A stretch of DNA of 64,000 bases from Nitrospirales bacterium (GCA_965203295.1 CBDBCZ010000018.1:2701187-2765186), one strand, 5' to 3'; shown: positions 11,901 through 25,737, numbered from the stretch's first letter. The notes: a model not told the origin generated them from the letters alone. Made by a program: numbers and translations.

Positions 11901-14900
11901 GTGGCTGCTGTTGCAAAGTATCAATTTGGTGTGAAGAGCATCATCGAGGTTATTGCCTATGTACGTACGTATCTATTGTGCTTGATAGTTTTAAAAAAAG
12001 CATGTAGGAATGGAATCCCAAAAAAACAACCAAATAAAGTAGGAACTAGAAGTCTCTAGCAGAGACATACCCCGCGGTGCATAATTCACAACTTGGACCT
12101 GGCAGGACTGCAGACTGGGCTGATGGAGTAGTTGGCAAAGTGTACATGTATATCACTGGCTGTGTATTTGCACGCAGAGTGTACAGCACTCGTGTATGCG
12201 TATATATCTGTATATCCTATATGGGAAGTGGTGGGCGTGACTGATTGCCAATATGAACACGTGAGCAGAGTCCGTATATGCCCGGCCTCTATCGTATTCT
12301 AGTTGTGACCGTATTAAAATGGCAGAATGCACCATTGTTAAATAAGAAAGAGCTGTAGATACAGCGAATGGAACCGCTTTGGCGACTATCAGGTACACAC
12401 CCGGACATTTTTTTTTTGATTTCAATGTTACTGTCGTGTTTAGCAATCGCTTAACCCTATAAATCACGAGATAGCCCGATTTTTGAGTGGACAGACACCG
12501 GACAGACGGACGGACAGACAGAACCAATTGCTTAACCCCGCCGCCGCCTACGTGCCGCGGGGTAATTAATATATGACACTACAAACAGATCACCATCCCT
12601 AGCATTCCCTACATCTTGCCAACCACACACAGCACAATCCCCTCCATGCCACATCCCTATGCATGTCTAAATGTGCATTTATAATATGTGACCGTATTGG
12701 TCCATTTTAATAAAATAGTGACTGTGTATAGTTGTAGGGTTGCGTATCAAGTAGGAAGATGTCATAATCTACTGTAGGGAAGAGTCAAGGTGTACGCTGA
12801 ATGACAGTTTAATTGTTGATTAGTTGTAGCTAGTTGTCTGTGAGGCGGAAAGAGCCGAGTCTTATAGTTCATGCAGCAGTGTAGGATATGCTGTAGTGTC
12901 AGTTGTGTATGAAGTGCTTATCGAAGGAGGGATTTCGAAAGTACTGGTCTTACAATACAGCTAAAATCCATGTTACTCTTGGCTCTGGAAAGGATCAGGA
13001 GTGCAGCCACTGCCTGCTTGCAAGGTGAATTAACTATGGCTTCAAACCAGAGCGCAGTTTGATTGGTGTACATGTATAGCTAGAGCACAGTCCAATAAAG
13101 TAAGCATAGTGTACTGCAAAGTTTAATACTTACAGACTATGCAGTTCAACTATGTAGCACCCTCACAATTCAAACCGTCTATCTTATGTGCCATACTTAC
13201 CTCACGCTGCGTGTTGTCAGTGATGGACATAGAAAATTCTCTGCCAGGTCCACAGCACTGGCGTTGGCATGGAGTAGACCCTGAAAGGAAGTGGTTTTGT
13301 TCACCTTTGTGAAGGCAATATTCAATGTATAACATGGCTGCATTATCAAAGAATTCCTCCATTGAACTGGCACGGAATACTTTGATGGTACTGATTTAAA
13401 GTTTCACGGGCAGCTTTCGAAACAATGAGAATGTACTGATCTTTGGTACAAGGTAAGTACTAACCTTCAACTAATGGGAGTCAATGCTAAAAGGTTGTAG
13501 CTTCTTTCATTGAGCATCAGTAACTACATGTACATTTATGCCACATTTGTACGATCCTGGATACTGTAAACTTAAGCTGGTACATGTATCTCCTACACTG
13601 TAACACAGAAATACCTGGTTTCTGCACTGCTGCAGCTATAGATCTACTCCATCTGATTTACTCATGTGTAGTTCATTTAATAATGTGCAAGTCATACAAA
13701 ACATTGCAGACTTCCATACATACATATTAAATGTATGTACAAGTAGCCTAGTGCTAATTTCAGACATGGAGCAGCAATACTAATACAGAGCACATAGGCA
13801 GATAGGGCATGTTATAGTGTTGATTTAGCTAATTAGCTGAAACCAAAAAACAAAAACTGTTTTAGTAGGAGCAAAAACTGATTTTTTTAAAACTAAAACC
13901 TCAAGGGCACTGGCCTCCGGGAATTTTTTTCACCAGAATCAACCTCATGAGTGGTTAGAATGTCATATATTGCACCGAGAGAAACTGAGAAACTTAGAGA
14001 AATCGCAACTGAACAGGGTACGCTAATTAACTGCAATGTAGAGTGCACCAGGCTAACTTATAACTTCAGCAAGCGACAGTTGCAAAACCTATATGTCACT
14101 TGTTTTTTCCATACAGTATTGCTGCTTGCAACAAAATGATGAAAATCTAGAGCACCCTGCACATGATTTACTATAATCAGCAGTGATAAATAGCAACTTT
14201 TCCATATCAATATACTATCTATCCATGACGTACATGTACTACAAATCGTACCCGGCTGTTAGTACTTACTTTCAGAAGCAAAGTATACTTGCTGTCCTAG
14301 AGTATTGCGAATTCTGTATTTATTCTCAGTCTCGTAGCCTGAGATAACTGTAGCAAAAAAGGAATCAACAGTATTACCATATAGAGATGTTCAAGCACCT
14401 GTCAGAGCTTGTACCTATAATACATGATACATTTACAATTTTTATTCGGTATACAATTTTGAGGTACTTTCAGTAGCTTTGTACCCATCCAGCACAAAAA
14501 AATACTTAAATAATACTGCTAGCATGGCTACGTGACAAGTGGGTGAAGTTCTATACATAGCTCAGGAGTAGCCTCGTTCCCAGGCAAGTGTCAAAAGCTG
14601 TGCAGAGGCCTGGGAACGAGGCTAGCTCAGGAGTACGCTACTACACGTAAAGAAGTGCCCTAGTTGTTGATCTGAACATATTGATTTAAAACAGATGAAG
14701 AGGACGTGGTAGGTGTCTGCATAGAGAGATCCACTACAGTAATCAGAAAGTGATGCTCCACTGTATATACCACAGGCAAGAGCCAATTTAATGCTTCTGA
14801 CTTGTGCACTTTATAGCTGAAAGGTTCTTCAGGGTTCAGGTGTGTTGCATTATTATTATTCCAAACCATAAGTATACTGCCATTCCCAGTCTCTACACCC

Positions 14901-17900
14901 CAGTTTTCCCACTCATAGAAATATCGCGGAAAAAAAGGTGAGTGGAAACTGCGAACAAGGCTATTCACTTCAAAATGATATGTACACAACACGCATCCAA
15001 CACACACATGTCAAATGTACATTACATTCAAAGATGTATGGTGCAATAGTTGTAACACATACATGTACATGTATGTTGGCATTGATAGCCTTCTGTAGCT
15101 GGTAATCAGAGAAATGACTATCTGTAGATTCTTCAAGCAGTAGTGCCGAAGTACTGACACTCACTTAGAGTGCAAATATATTGTACATCAAGAGTGCATG
15201 TGCAGTACAAACAGGATAAGATCCTCTTACCCAGAATGATTGATTATAGCTAAGTAAGTTCAGTTTTACAATCCACTGAAAAAGTTTTTAAATTGATCTT
15301 TACTGATCAATGATGCCATTTGTCATCATGCATCACAACACCCTTTTTATACTAGCAGTATAAAACTACCGAGTGTAATAGGATATCAATACACGAATGC
15401 CAATTCAATATAATTCAATGTAGTAGAAACTCACTTTCAAAAAGCTCAATTTGTTGATGCACAAGAATCTGATCAATTTGGACAAGGTACTCCAGTCCAG
15501 GAGGACATGCAGGAGGGATCTCCGCTGGGAGCGGCATCCAGGTAACTTCCTGTGGAGCTATGTTGCTAGCCAGCTGTGGAAACATCGCTGCAGCAGCTGT
15601 GAGAGGATTATATGGCACTGCACCACCTGCAAAATAGGAATGGATCTGTAATCAGTAGTAGTTATACACTCCTCTACTAGCCTCATACTCAGCCACCCCA
15701 GCTTCTTTTGCTTGCAGGAAGAAAAAGCAGAATGCCATGGGAACACATATTAGGTCAAATTATGTAAGTTTAATGAACATGGGCAGGGGTACCTGTAAGC
15801 AATCACCTAGCTATACCAGTGATAATTGCTGGGCACAGTGAGGCAAATAATTGCGACCTATAGGCATCAAATCACACATTTATGTATAATATTGTAGCAT
15901 GGTGCGTGGGTGGCTCAAAGGCATCCACAGTGCAATATGTTCAATACCGCACTCGCTTGCACCGAGACGGCATATATTTCACCAGAAGCTTGACTGACTA
16001 GAGCTGGCTAGGTTTTGTAGACATTGACCGGAAGGTACCTAGCTGGATATTTCGAAGACAAGCTTCAAGAACGCATAAGTCTTCAGTTAGCTTGACCGAC
16101 TAGAGCTGGCTAGGCTGTCCAGAGCACATTCACTGGAAGGTACCTAGCTGGATATTTCAAACGATAAGCATGACAAAAGACTTTTAACAACACAAAATCT
16201 TCTCTACTATAACAGACAGCACTCCTAGCAACTCTATTCAACATAAAAGCCAGTACAACAGTACAACGATATAGCTCTCGCTTAGCCGCAACGGCTGGCA
16301 GTATGACTCTCCACAAACTACAGACAGAGGTGGAGTAACTTACCATGCTTTCCGATGCCAAGTGCTCTTATTGCTCACTAAAACGAGCCATTCCATGCTA
16401 CAAACAAGTTAAACCACAGCTCCAGGTGGGCTGTATGGGAAATCCATTCATGCAACGATTCAATTAGAGCCCTTGGAGCTGCGGTTCCTATACATACATA
16501 TGCATACATATGTACAATATAACAATTATACCAGTTACTGTATGCATGGTGGTTTATTATAAGTGAATACACTGAGTATAATAAGTTTAGCAAGTTTTAT
16601 ACAGTTGAGTGTAATTGCCAGCTACAATATTAGAAACTAACATGGCAGTACAGAGAAAGCTTATATGAGCTTCAAAGTGTATTGATGATGTGCTAGGTTG
16701 TGATGCCTCCTCAACTTGGCCTGTACTATGCGTGCATGCAGTTGGAACATCACTCCTCAGTAGGGACCGGCCAATTACACTGGCATAATTCAAGAGTAAT
16801 AGGACGAGTCAAGCAACAGGCAATATGCTGGCATAATAATTTTTACATAAAATAAATACGTACTGCATGTGCATGCGCAGCTAAACGTGTTTATCATTCA
16901 TTTATACGCGAAATGCGCAAATCTGCCTGGAAACAGCTTTTGTTTATAAGACTTTGTACATGCCTAGACTTCACAGAATGCATGTTCTCGAGATTGATTC
17001 CCAGACACTGCACTTGTCTCCTTTATTCGTTAGTTTTTTTGATTTTTTACATGACGACTATAATCATCATTCGGGTATATAGCACATGTAGCTCATTCCG
17101 TGATATTGAAGCCTCTCTTATGTTTCAGTAATCAACACTTTAGTCTACTACTTGTACTAGCTGGTTACTGATTTCAGGGCTTAACATTGAGCATAATGGA
17201 CCAAGCATAATAGCTATGTAGGTCATGTAAGCAGGCATGCAATATATAGGCCATATAATGATCAGGCTTAGCATAATAGCTGGTAAATATACAAGCAGAA
17301 TGTGCTGCTCCCTACTCTGAGTAGCCTGCTGGAACAAGACCACAAAAATATTAGTTTTCTGAACATGCCATGCTTAGCTATAGCTAGGCATGGCTACTTA
17401 TGGTGTAGCGTTCCTGATGAGAATGCACACAACAGTAGTGTATTAATGACTTGCAATACAATGACTTGCACAAGGGTGTACGTACTATTATTCTCGCCAC
17501 GCCCAGGCTGTGACTACTTGCATAATTATTCGCCACTATTCTTGCGACAGGCTAAATCATAATAATATCCGCACTTATATACACCCACAGCTCTGCTCAC
17601 CCAATGTACTTTGCACTCACCCACAGTATTTTATACTTGGGTAGTGGTCAGGCCTAGTTAATACATAACGTATACTGTATATGTGTACACGTATGTATGT
17701 CATTGCATACGTAATAGTTGTACCATGGGTTTCTAGGGTGTATGGGTTTTGTACTCTGAGGGCAGTTATATGTATTCCCGAGGGCGCAGCCCGAGGGAAT
17801 ACATATAACTGCACGAAGAGTAAAAATCCCATACACCCTAGAAACCCATGGTACAGGTGACTTGTACCATAATACAATTACAAACGCTGTTAGTTATGAC

Positions 17901-20900
17901 AAGCGCTAATGGAGAAGCATTAGTTGCCTGGCAACCATATACCCTAGGGTATATTGACAGTTCAAACGAGCCGCTAGGGTGTATGGCTGATATACCCTGG
18001 GCGGTGCCTTTCATGTACTGTAGAGGTGCATTATGGTACAAATGTATATATATCTGTCCTTCATGCTTTCCCAGACTCATGCAGGAGGCAAGCCATGTCT
18101 TCACAAAATGGCATCTTGCTCGGGCAATTGTATGGATACCGTTTTCGAACACGTGGCATAGAAAAGGGTAGAAATCTGGACAAGTCTGTTACACCAGTAA
18201 GTACGCCTTACTACAGCTCCTAGGGTAGCTAGTGACTCTGTGTAGCTGCTCAGTAAGAGATACAAAGCTAGTATAATTGATTGATAAAGAACACGCGCGG
18301 GATTCAGGTATGTACCTCCATCAGCTGTCTCGTGGCAGATGTGGCTGATCCTTGGGAAAGTGTTGTAGACAAAGAGACCACTCACCTGGATGCCGATTGT
18401 CCTTTGTAGCTCCAGCAGTTCAGTTGTTGATCATGTTGTGCAGTTCTCATGACTGTTTGACTTGCGAAAACAGTCGTCTAGTGTGCATCCAGTCAGCAAA
18501 AGGCCTATAACGCATATAATCCACGTGTCTGAGTAAACCGGTATATAGTCATACCTATACCTATGAAGTTAAGTGAGGCATAGTGTGCTTGCTTGTATAT
18601 ACCCTAGTTAATGATTGATTTTTGCATTCTGTTCCTGGGTTTCTGATGGTTTGCTGGGCAGTAGAACCATTTGTGTATACAATGTTTCAGAGGCTGGAAT
18701 CAAACAAACAAGTTACGTGAATGAGCTCCAGCGTCTCCATGTGCAGAGGCATGCAGTACTACCCCACACACATACTGTACATGTAAGTAACCTGTTACTG
18801 CTAGTGAAAAACAAAATCTCTTACACTGCCTATAGGGCTCCAGCATCTTGGACACATTGCAAGATATGTCTTTTATACGGGAACAAATGAGGCAGAAAAA
18901 TTGTGTGTTAGCTGTTACAGTGCAGTATCCAGTATGCCTATATGCATGGACAAGATCAACTCAGTTGCTACCATGAAGCCATGCACCCCCACAAACAATG
19001 AAGTGGCTTCTATAGTCTTTATGTAATGCAAATGACAGGGAGGTGTTCCCAGGCATTTCACTTTTTCTTCCTGCAACCAAAAAAAGCTGGGATGGCTGGC
19101 CAGTCATCTACAAGTGGCAAACCTACATTCCAATACAAGTACATGTACTACAAAAACACAGCCCATTATAAAACTAGAAGTCTCTAGCAGAGACATACCC
19201 CGCGCTACAAATGGGACCTTTGGACTCTGGTCTGATGGAGCAGCCGCAGAGCTGGCTCTGTAAAGCGTGAAAGGCTCGTACCCACGTCCTTGTTCCACAT
19301 TAAAGCTGTGGGCATGACCGATTGCCGTATAAATGACACAGATGTTTCTCTGCATATACTTCAGTATGAACCCGTGTCCTGAGACTGCGTATGCCCGCCC
19401 TCTGTCGTATTCGAGTTCTTGACCGTAATAGAACCTTACCGTGTTGAATAAGAAAGAGCTGGAAATGTAGAGAATTAGAAACCGCTTTGGTCACTATCAG
19501 GCACACACATATAATTATGTTTTGAATTTCAAGGTTACTGTCGGGTTTAGCAATCGCTTATCCCTGCAAATCGAAAGATAGCACTGGTCAGACTGACAGA
19601 CAGACAGAACCAATCACTTAACCCTGCCGCATACGCGCAGGGTAATTATACAGCAGCTCAGAACATTTTATTCTTACATTCTTGGTCCAACTTGAAGTGT
19701 AAACTTCATCCACTTTATCCCGTGGTCATAAGCATGCCAGATGTTGTTGGCGAAGAAATTTGTGTAGCAAAATTTCAAGACATTTGTAGGGTTGATCTGA
19801 ATAAAGATTTTGTGAAGTTTGAGAGTCTATTAATTAAGATCGACATGTTGTATACTATATGTACATAACGATTACACCTGAATTAGTTTTACTCACATGA
19901 CCAAATCAGAAGTCTCAAGATCAATTACATGAGTGTGCATAAAAAAAATGCCTTAATGTACACTTACTAAAAGACGCCCAGCACATGTGACTCCTCTCCT
20001 GGACCCTTGGACTTGCTATTGGAAGGTTAGTAACTCTGTGGATTGAACCCAATTGAACCCCGCTGTTCTAGCGAGCTACAGCAGTTTCTTTGTAGCTAAC
20101 TGCGTATTTTAGCCGCACAACTCCGTACTTCATTTGCACGCGACGATTGAATGCAATTATCCACACGTGCACATGAAGCTTGTCCTGCCCCCCTGGGTCA
20201 CGCCTACAGCTTAAATACAGGACATACGCGAGCCCTCGAGTATGGTATACGATTCTTATCTCCAACATGGAGCTTAGAAGAGATACTCAGATAGAAAGCA
20301 TACTGGAGAATAGTAGAGAAATGCCCGCATCATTACTACGATGATCAGTCACGCCTAAAGCTCACATACGCCGCTACAGTCTGCAGGGTCCAGGAGTGTG
20401 GGGTATGTCTCTGCTAGAGACCTCTAGTTACTTCCTTTTTTCTTTAGGCTTTTAGGACACTTTTTAATTTCTGAATAACTAATCCCCCCTATCCTTCAGT
20501 GAGCTAGACATTTCACTATATTCCCATCACTTTCTTCTCTACATGCTCTTTCCAGCTATCATCAAACTCTTCATATGTACCAATTCCGACATTGATGTCT
20601 GAACGTAACACTATCCCCATTTATCTTCCCTGCCACTTCTAATCTCCTAGTCTCTTTAACTTTTAATCTTACCATCCTACCACCTCGCCACCTTGCCACA
20701 CACTATCACTTTCTCCCCAATTCCTTTTGATGCTTTACTGTAGCTTCCCAATCCTGAACCACTGCCTTCACTAATTCTGATCCCCTCAATCCCCGGGTTT
20801 TTCATTGGTGTAACCCTTCTACTGATACACTAAGGCTTCCTGATACTTCTGTCTCACTTCCTTATCCTGAAACCATTTAATGTACTCCTTAATCATCCCT

Positions 20901-23900
20901 TCTGTTGTTTAGTGGTTTTAATTACAGTCTGCCCAATTCCATCCATACCAGAAAGTGATCCAATTCTCCTACATCCATTATATCCACATGTACCTGCACA
21001 CTCCCTGACTGTTATATCTATCCACATACTCCCTGAAACCTGCAACAAGCTGGAACCAGTAGCTATAAAGTTACAGAAACAGCACTCAATCAAAAATACA
21101 AAAATCATTCATGTTCAACTTTTTGTGTTTTGGATCATCGTTTTGTAAATCCTGCGATCACCTTTAGATATTCTATACGTACATGTACTACATTAGTGTT
21201 ATCTGAGTTTTCTAAATGTACATGTATATCTTCTCACATAAGTTTGCAATGTGATTACATAGTTTTCAGTTCTGGGTCCCTTGGTGGTTTAATTACCCCG
21301 GCAGGCTGATTCAGACTAAGTCTGGGTGTATAGCACGTTCCTCGTGTTTAGGAGATGGGGGGATGGCCTATAAATGAGAGAGTAATTACAGTTGGAATTG
21401 GCTGGGTCCTACTGGCAAGTGCTACTAGCAGGTTTAGTGGCTATATAAAGCTTGCCTACTGCTCCTCTGCCAAGGGGCTCCAGTAGCGCAATTGGTAAGA
21501 GCATCTGACTAGTATTCAGAAGGTCCCATGCATGCATGGGTTCAATCACCAGCTGGGTCCCGATTTTCGAGATTTCTTTACTCTCTCAGAAGGCTTATCT
21601 TCTCACAGAAGTTTGCAATGTATATATGTAATTTTTACCAGCTGGATCGCGCGCAGCGCACGGACCGCTGGTCCTAATATTGCTTTCCGTTTTTCGCGTT
21701 TGTTTGTTCGTGCGTCCGCACTTATCACGTGCACAATATTTTACGTCATACGATACTATGCAGTGTTCTAGCCAGAGACAATTGCAAAGAGCGGTGCTTT
21801 ATCAGACATCAAAGCACAGCTGTGGCTTTAATTACATTCTTACAACCACATCTAAAGAAAAGGTATACATAAGAGTGGTGGAGCACCACTCTTCCCCTCT
21901 TTAGCTAGAACACTGCTATGCAACTGCAGTATATAGCAGCTTTTGGAGGTTTGCAGGCCAAGCTACAGCAAAATTCTTATTTGAGCTTTGCCCAAATGTC
22001 AGTTAACACATAGGCTGGGCACAAGACTAGTTAACATAGAGACTCCACACTGGGTTGGCTTCAACCCATTCAGCTTGAATAGCTGTTAAGTTCTTTGTGG
22101 CCATAGCTCACATGAGATCATTAAACCCTGTCAACCAGCACCATCAGTCTTGCTGCCTTTGCATCCTCTATACGTGCTAGCTAGACTGTTAAAACTTTGC
22201 AAAATCTGCACGAGGCGAAGCCGAGTGCAATTAACATTCCTGGTTGCATCACGAGTGCAATTCATCACAAAATTGCACAGCAACCCATGCTGTTACAAAT
22301 TAATCATCATAGCACTATTTGCTTTTCACATTAATGTCAAGGCATATGCGTATAGTCAGAGTCACTGTCAACAATAATTGCATAAGATTGCTTTCTGTGT
22401 TGTATATTGGTATATTATATTACTTTTTGTAGACATGCAGGTACTAGTGTTTGCTCAAAAATAGACATTACAACTTTAAACTAGAAGTCTCTAGCAGAGA
22501 CATACCCCGCGGTGCATAATTCACAACTTGGACCTGGCAGGACTGCAGACTGGGTTGATGGAGTAGTTGGCAAAGTGTACATGTATATCACTGGCTGTGT
22601 ATCCGCACGCAGAGTGTACAGTGCTCGTGTATGCGTATCTGTATATCCTATGGGAAGTGGTGGGCGTGACTGATTGCCAATATGAACACGTGAGCAGAGT
22701 CCGTATATGCCCGGCCTCTATCGTATTCTAGTTGTGACCGTATTAAAATGGCAGAATGTACCGTTGTTAAATAATAAAGAGCTGCAGATGCAGCAAATTG
22801 AACCGCTTTGGCGACTATCAGGTACACACCCGGACATTTTTTTTTAGATTTCAATGTTACTGTTGTGTTTAGCAATCGCTTAACTCTGTAAATCGCGAGA
22901 TAGGCCAATTTTTGAGTGGACAGACACCGGACAGACAGATGGACGAACGGACGGACAGACAGAACCAATCGCTTGACCCCGCCGCCGCCTATGCGCCGCG
23001 GGGTAAAAATACTGTGACTAAGCAAAGGATGTAGAAGGGGGCAGATACTGTGGAACAGGCATGCAAAAGGAGGCTGAGAGTGCAGTACAGAAGTGGAATG
23101 ATGCAGAGGAATTAGAGTAAAATAAAAGGCGACGCGATTCTGCAGAGGCAGTGTCGAGGGTGGAGCTGGGCGAGGGCGGGGCAATGGGAGGGTCAAGCGT
23201 GGCTCGAAGTCGAACGGAAGCGAACCAACAATACGATCGAAATCTTGATCGGAATTGTCGCTACTTGCAAAGAAATCGAGAATATATAGACGGAAAGAAA
23301 AACTCATTTAGAGAAGCTTCAGCCATGCTAGAAACTGCTGTGTTGCTATATACCGCTCCCTAGCCAATCGACCAATCAGATGCGAATTGGTATTTCACTC
23401 TTTTGCACAGCTAGTCTACCCTGAGGCACGCTAGCCGTGCAAAAAAGTGAAATCCGTTTACTATTGGTCAGTAACCGTGCAATTTCGAAATAAAATGTAT
23501 TCTTGTCTATGTATCTATAGTGCAGTGACTACAATACCTATATGATTAATAATTATCAAAAATATGCTGCGATTACATGCCCAATGTGTTAATGAAGGTA
23601 GTTGTTTGTTGCCTAGATGGCGAAAATTTGGTAGGCAGCCGTAAAGTTCCTGTTTTTGTGGCTTATAGCTACTAACTGGAAGCGCACGGCGAAGCTGCCG
23701 ACTCAGCACTTTCGCTGTACTGCCGCAACGGTTCAATTGCTTATCAGTTTCTGCAGGATGCCTATTTTAGCATAGTTACTAGTAAGTTGTACAGTTGCAG
23801 TTGTTGTATGGGAAAGGTGACCGGCTGGTTTTTTAGACATAAATGTGGGGACTTGTTTTGAAAACATTTTGTAGATCTTCACACTTGATATATGTTTGTA

Positions 23901-25638
23901 AGCATGAAAACCATAATATTATGCAATATGCCTATACTACACCACAACTATGCGGCAATGTAAACGTAACTATGGCGTTGTAGCCTCAGGTGTACATTAT
24001 CAAATTAATTAAAAGGTAGTTTCCTCTACAGTGATGATTGGTACCATAGCTAGCAACTAACCAAATGACATTAGTCCTAGACAATGCCTACAGCAGAAAT
24101 ATGAACTTGTCATTTTGTACACACTAAAGGGAGATACCATTTTTTCTGGGGCCATCCCTACATATGGAGTACTATTGTACTCCCTGATAGACTTCTGCTT
24201 CAGAGAAGGTCTAGTTCTAGTCCACTGTGGTTCTACAGTGAACTCATGGCCATTACAGACTACAAACTCAACCTCATTCCAAAATGAAATCAACCTGCTA
24301 CACACATACTGCATTTTACTTCTCCAAATATGCCTAATACATCATTTAATTTGGAAGATTTCCCTACTCTAGTATTAAAATCACCAAGAAGTACAACCTG
24401 ACCCTCTTCTTCATACAAAGCACATCCTCTTTTAACTACATGTATCTGTAACTACTTTCAATAACTGCTTCACGATCTGTAGGCATATAAACACAACCCA
24501 AAAACAAGTATTCCTGCCCCTCTCTCCTTTGACATGCTGTTTTGCTTAACATAATTCACATCCTCATAAGCTCTACTCCACTGGCTAAGCACTCCTTTAC
24601 CAAGAATCCTACTCCGCCCTCTCCTTTCCTACTTGAGGAAGAACCTTGCCTAGGCTTCCCAACTATTTGTACCTCTCTAACTAAAGGAAGTTTGGGGTCT
24701 CTTTTTTCCGCGACACCTGACCTGCACAAATATACTACAGATACCAAAAAAGGTTCCTGGTGGCTACTCGCTGTAACACAAAACCCGGTTGGCAATTATA
24801 AAGGCATGAATAATCCTGATATTACGAAGTACAGCTGCTGGGTCAGTACTTTCACTGTGCTGCGTTTGGTTGTTTGTCTACTTACATGTATGAGACTAGC
24901 CTATTACACACGGTTCTACCTGTACAACTATATAGTTAGCGGGGCCTGACCAGTTGCTGAGCTTAACCTTAGTATTCAATGTTCCCGCTTTTAAGGTATG
25001 AACAGGGTAACAGGGTTCTGCCTAGGAGACGTTGAGTGGTGGTCAAAATTCAAGCTCCAAGACACTTCTGTTAGCTAAACGGGCTATCTCCCATATTAAA
25101 AATACTGGAAATAGAGTTAAACATTAGCTGAGTGGTGGTCAAAGAGGCCGGGTGGTGGTTGGACCCGACCACTACCGACCAGTGGGCAGAACCCTGTATG
25201 AATGATCAGATTGCCATCCCCCCCCCCCCCCCCCCCCCAAAATTGTTCACCCTTGTACCCAGTGGTCCCAGCATTTTCGCCTGCAGGAAGACAAAGCATT
25301 CTGCCTTTCTTACTGAAAACGCACAAAGCTGGGGATGAGCCATTGTTTTACACTTCTATATAAGAAAGTGAGACAGTCCTTCAAAGAGGTTTTGCTGCAG
25401 CAAGCAACAAGGAGGTACAGGTGGAGTCTGCAGCATGTATGATCACACACAGTGATATCTTGTGAAACTACTAATTTCCATCTATGAATTAAGAGACTAG
25501 CTATTTACCTGATGAAGGGTATTGTCCTCCAGGTGGGAGATTGCCTGCGACAGAAGAAACATTCTGTTGTGGAGGACTGGGGAAAGTTGCAGCTGTTGGG
25601 TAAGGAGGTGGCTGGTCAGCTGACGGGATGTGGGCCAT
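8989..25638 (-). CDS. PLSCR: Phospholipid scramblase family protein, spliced; final exon not found in window
   Basis: GT-AG exons with consistent phases: 25638-25509 ([14 protein letters not shown], Pro-rich), 15626-15435 ([24 protein letters not shown]), 14347-14270 ([22 protein letters not shown]), 13280-13201 ([12 protein letters not shown]), 10369-10115 ([10 protein letters not shown], Cys-rich, [15 protein letters not shown]) and 9091-8989 ([25 protein letters not shown]). The first exon assignment is less certain, and extra small exons are possible. Confidence 0.9.
12044..12565 (-). mobile_element. Helentron/DINE-like non-autonomous element, copy A
   Basis: On the minus strand it starts TTACCCCGCGG...GGGGTTAA (hairpin), then has a CTGT/CCGT microsatellite, and ends with a GTCTCT-GCT-AGAGAC stem-loop plus TTCTAGTT. 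Near-identical to 22479-23006. Confidence 0.85.
14569..14624. mobile_element. 56-bp Academ-like micro-MITE with 9-bp TSD
   Basis: TAGCCTCGTTCCCAGGC...GCCTGGGAACGAGGCTA flanked by GCTCAGGAG (14560-14568 and 14625-14633). Confidence 0.85.
17712..17853. mobile_element. Palindromic non-autonomous element with central CCCGAGGGCGCAGCCCGAGGG hairpin (class uncertain, possibly Crypton-like)
   Basis: TGTACCATGGGTTTCTAGGGTGTATGGG / CCCATACACCCTAGAAACCCATGGTACA. Similar central hairpins occur at ~22210, ~29400 and ~42155. Confidence 0.55.
17920..18608 (+). mobile_element. Helentron/DINE-like element related to 8030-8554
   Basis: Shares GGACAAGTCT..CTTACTACAGCTCCTAGG..CTTGGGAAA..GCGAAAA.AGTCGTC blocks and the 3' GGCATAGTG.GCTTG..ATATACC(C)TAGT end. 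Confidence 0.6.
19172..19645 (-). mobile_element. Helentron/DINE-like element, diverged subfamily copy C
   Basis: Same AACTAGAAGTCTCTAGCAGAGACATACCCCGCG end, GACA microsatellite and terminal hairpin as copies A and B, with a diverged interior. Confidence 0.8.
20435..21040 (-). mobile_element. APE-type LINE fragment
   Basis: Its reverse complement matches 60910-61330 (AAAACCACTAAACAACAGAAG..., GGAAGTGAGACAGAAGTATCAGGA...). Confidence 0.75.
21227..21621 (+). mobile_element. Dispersed repeat with TATA box and 3' tRNA-like module, copy 1; terminally redundant
   Basis: ~230-bp body shared with 56573-56802. TATATAAA at 21442. tRNA-like 21477-21560 (loop CTAGTAT, anticodon AGT) with a small insertion. 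26-bp direct repeats at 21227-21252 and 21596-21621. Confidence 0.7.
22479..23006 (-). mobile_element. Helentron/DINE-like non-autonomous element, copy B
   Basis: Near-identical to 12044-12565 along its full length. Confidence 0.85.
24330..24720 (-). mobile_element. LINE apurinic-endonuclease domain fragment (decayed)
   Basis: Minus-strand [22 protein letters not shown] and QVVLLGDFN motifs typical of APE domains. Confidence 0.75.
25003..25196. mobile_element. hAT-like MITE with 6-bp TSD
   Basis: CAGGGTTCTGCC / GGCAGAACCCTG TIRs (the left end carries an extra CAGGGTAA). TATGAA lies on both sides. Confidence 0.7.
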
Positions 25639-25737
25639 TTCAGCTGCTGTTTTGTAGAAGTAACAGAAAATTAACTGATGACTATCAAAGGAATAGCTTG
25701 TGTTACTTGATAAAGGTATATATGGCAGTTATGATAT

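Noticed and set aside
22648..23307. 219-aa ORF and its 124-aa relative at 12153-12527
   Set aside because: Chance frames through the Helentron-like repeat, with no protein motif.
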